From Mayamaea pseudoterrestris (taxonomy: Eukaryota), in contig BROI01000001.1 in assembly GCA_027923505.1 (NCBI GenBank), positions 2,974,719 through 2,994,718 on the forward strand: 20,000 nucleotides of DNA, read 5' to 3'. Both the position numbers and the translations under genes were made by a program. This document shows, piece after piece, positions 19,300 through 20,000 of this stretch (within the stretch, counting starts at the first letter, position 1; the number at the start of each line of letters is the position of its first letter). The notes beneath the pieces were generated by a model. The model was given only the letters and a program-made list of their open reading frames with translations. It was not told the origin of the DNA and made no database searches.

Positions 19300-20000
19300 A
19301 TGTCTTCGACGAGCAATACTCCGACGACAGGAGCGGCGTCGAGCGGTGGAGGTGCACCTCCCGCTCCGCCAGCAAGCGAAGGAAACCGACGCAACCGTCA
19401 TTATCGTCGTGGGAATCGTGCTGGGAATCGTTCCGGGAATCAAGGCAATGGTAACAGACTCAACGGACCGAGTCGTGCGCCGAGTGGAAATTTCCAAGGA
19501 AGCGAGCCGACGCTCGCTGGATTCATCTACGACTATAACGGTTCGCGCGATCCCGATGGATTCATCCGTACGACGAACGAGATCATCACTTTCGTCGGGC
19601 GCTCCTACAAGAAATATACCAAGGAGCTGCTCAAGGGCATGCGCAACGTGGAACTGGAGATTCCTGACGAGCCTGCACGTCCAACGAAGGATGCCGACAC
19701 GACGGACTCGGACTGGTCCATAATGCTCGAGGAATACAAGGCCGACAAGAAAGAGCATGTCGAGCGCGTGCGTGTATACTCCGACTTCCTCGCTGGTCTC
19801 TACGCCGTGTTGCATGGACAATGCACGGAGCGTATGAAGGATCGTGTCAAGTCGCACGCCAAGTTCCGAGACGCCGAGGAGGACACGGACGGAATTAAGT
19901 TGCTGGCGATTATCAAGGAGATCTCGCATACGTACGAAGGGCGCTGCAAACTTGTGGATCAAGTCGTGGACATTCAAGCTGAGTTGTTCGGACGTACTGG
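19300..20000 (+). CDS. gag: Gag(-Pol) polyprotein N-terminus of the LTR retrotransposon (partial, 233 codons visible)
   Basis: Hand translation: MSSTSNTPTTGAASSGGGAPPAPPASEGNRRNRHYRRGNRAGNRSGNQ...FQGSEPTLAGFIYD...FIRTTNEIITFVGRSYK...LYAVLHGQCTERMKDRVKSHAKF...DGIKLLAIIKEI. No stop. The FxG..L.G.IYD, TT.EI...VG and GQC(T/S) patterns match my recollection of diatom copia-type gag proteins. Confidence 0.8.
   Translation, partial: MSSTSNTPTTGAASSGGGAPPAPPASEGNRRNRHYRRGNRAGNRSGNQGNGNRLNGPSRAPSGNFQGSEPTLAGFIYDYNGSRDPDGFIRTTNEIITFVGRSYKKYTKELLKGMRNVELEIPDEPARPTKDADTTDSDWSIMLEEYKADKKEHVERVRVYSDFLAGLYAVLHGQCTERMKDRVKSHAKFRDAEEDTDGIKLLAIIKEISHTYEGRCKLVDQVVDIQAELFGRT

Larger units (their letters stand above)
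19062..20000 (+). mobile_element. 5' part of an LTR retrotransposon, probably Ty1/copia diatom CoDi-like
   Basis: LTR-like unit with TGTTG...CAACA termini starting where host coding sequence breaks off, followed 27 nt later by a gag-like ORF open to the window end. Pol and the 3' LTR are outside the window. Confidence 0.82.

Noticed and set aside
19172..19375. Minus-strand ORF in frame with PGAP1, separated by one TGA (possible readthrough or selenocysteine start)
   Set aside because: Lies entirely in antisense LTR/gag sequence and does not resemble a PGAP1 N-terminus; the insertion explains the missing start more simply.
19261..19977. 238-aa minus-strand ORF and overlapping 125-aa plus-strand ORF (19346-19723)
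   Set aside because: Shadows of the gag frame starting at 19300; non-ATG starts and no recognisable motifs.

Overview
Compact eukaryotic genomic window with short intergenic spacers, few short GT-AG introns and organelle-targeting leaders. It is most consistent with a diatom or related stramenopile (inference). Genes in order: 5' part of an unknown acidic protein (-), Fyv7/TAP26-like rRNA-processing protein (-), methionine synthase reductase (+), TVP15/COPI-associated membrane protein (-), ACT-domain threonine/serine dehydratase (-, 1 intron), LtnD-type dehydrogenase fused to a tandem cupin (+), single-chain FetB/FetA (STAR2/STAR1)-type ABC transporter (-), putative plastid protein with six RP-x-GPLG repeats (+), SEH1 (+, 1 intron), sphingosine kinase (-) and PGAP1/BST1 (-, 1 intron). 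The PGAP1 5' end is cut off by an LTR retrotransposon with a 211-bp TGTTG...CAACA LTR (19062-19272) and a gag-like ORF from 19300 that the ORF track missed. The top finding is that the element has no tRNA-type primer-binding site. Instead, the 14 nt right after the LTR are exactly complementary to a segment just after an initiator-like motif inside the LTR, the geometry of Tf1-style self-primed reverse transcription, in what looks like a diatom copia-type (CoDi) element. Family calls come from motif recognition by eye; no searches were run.
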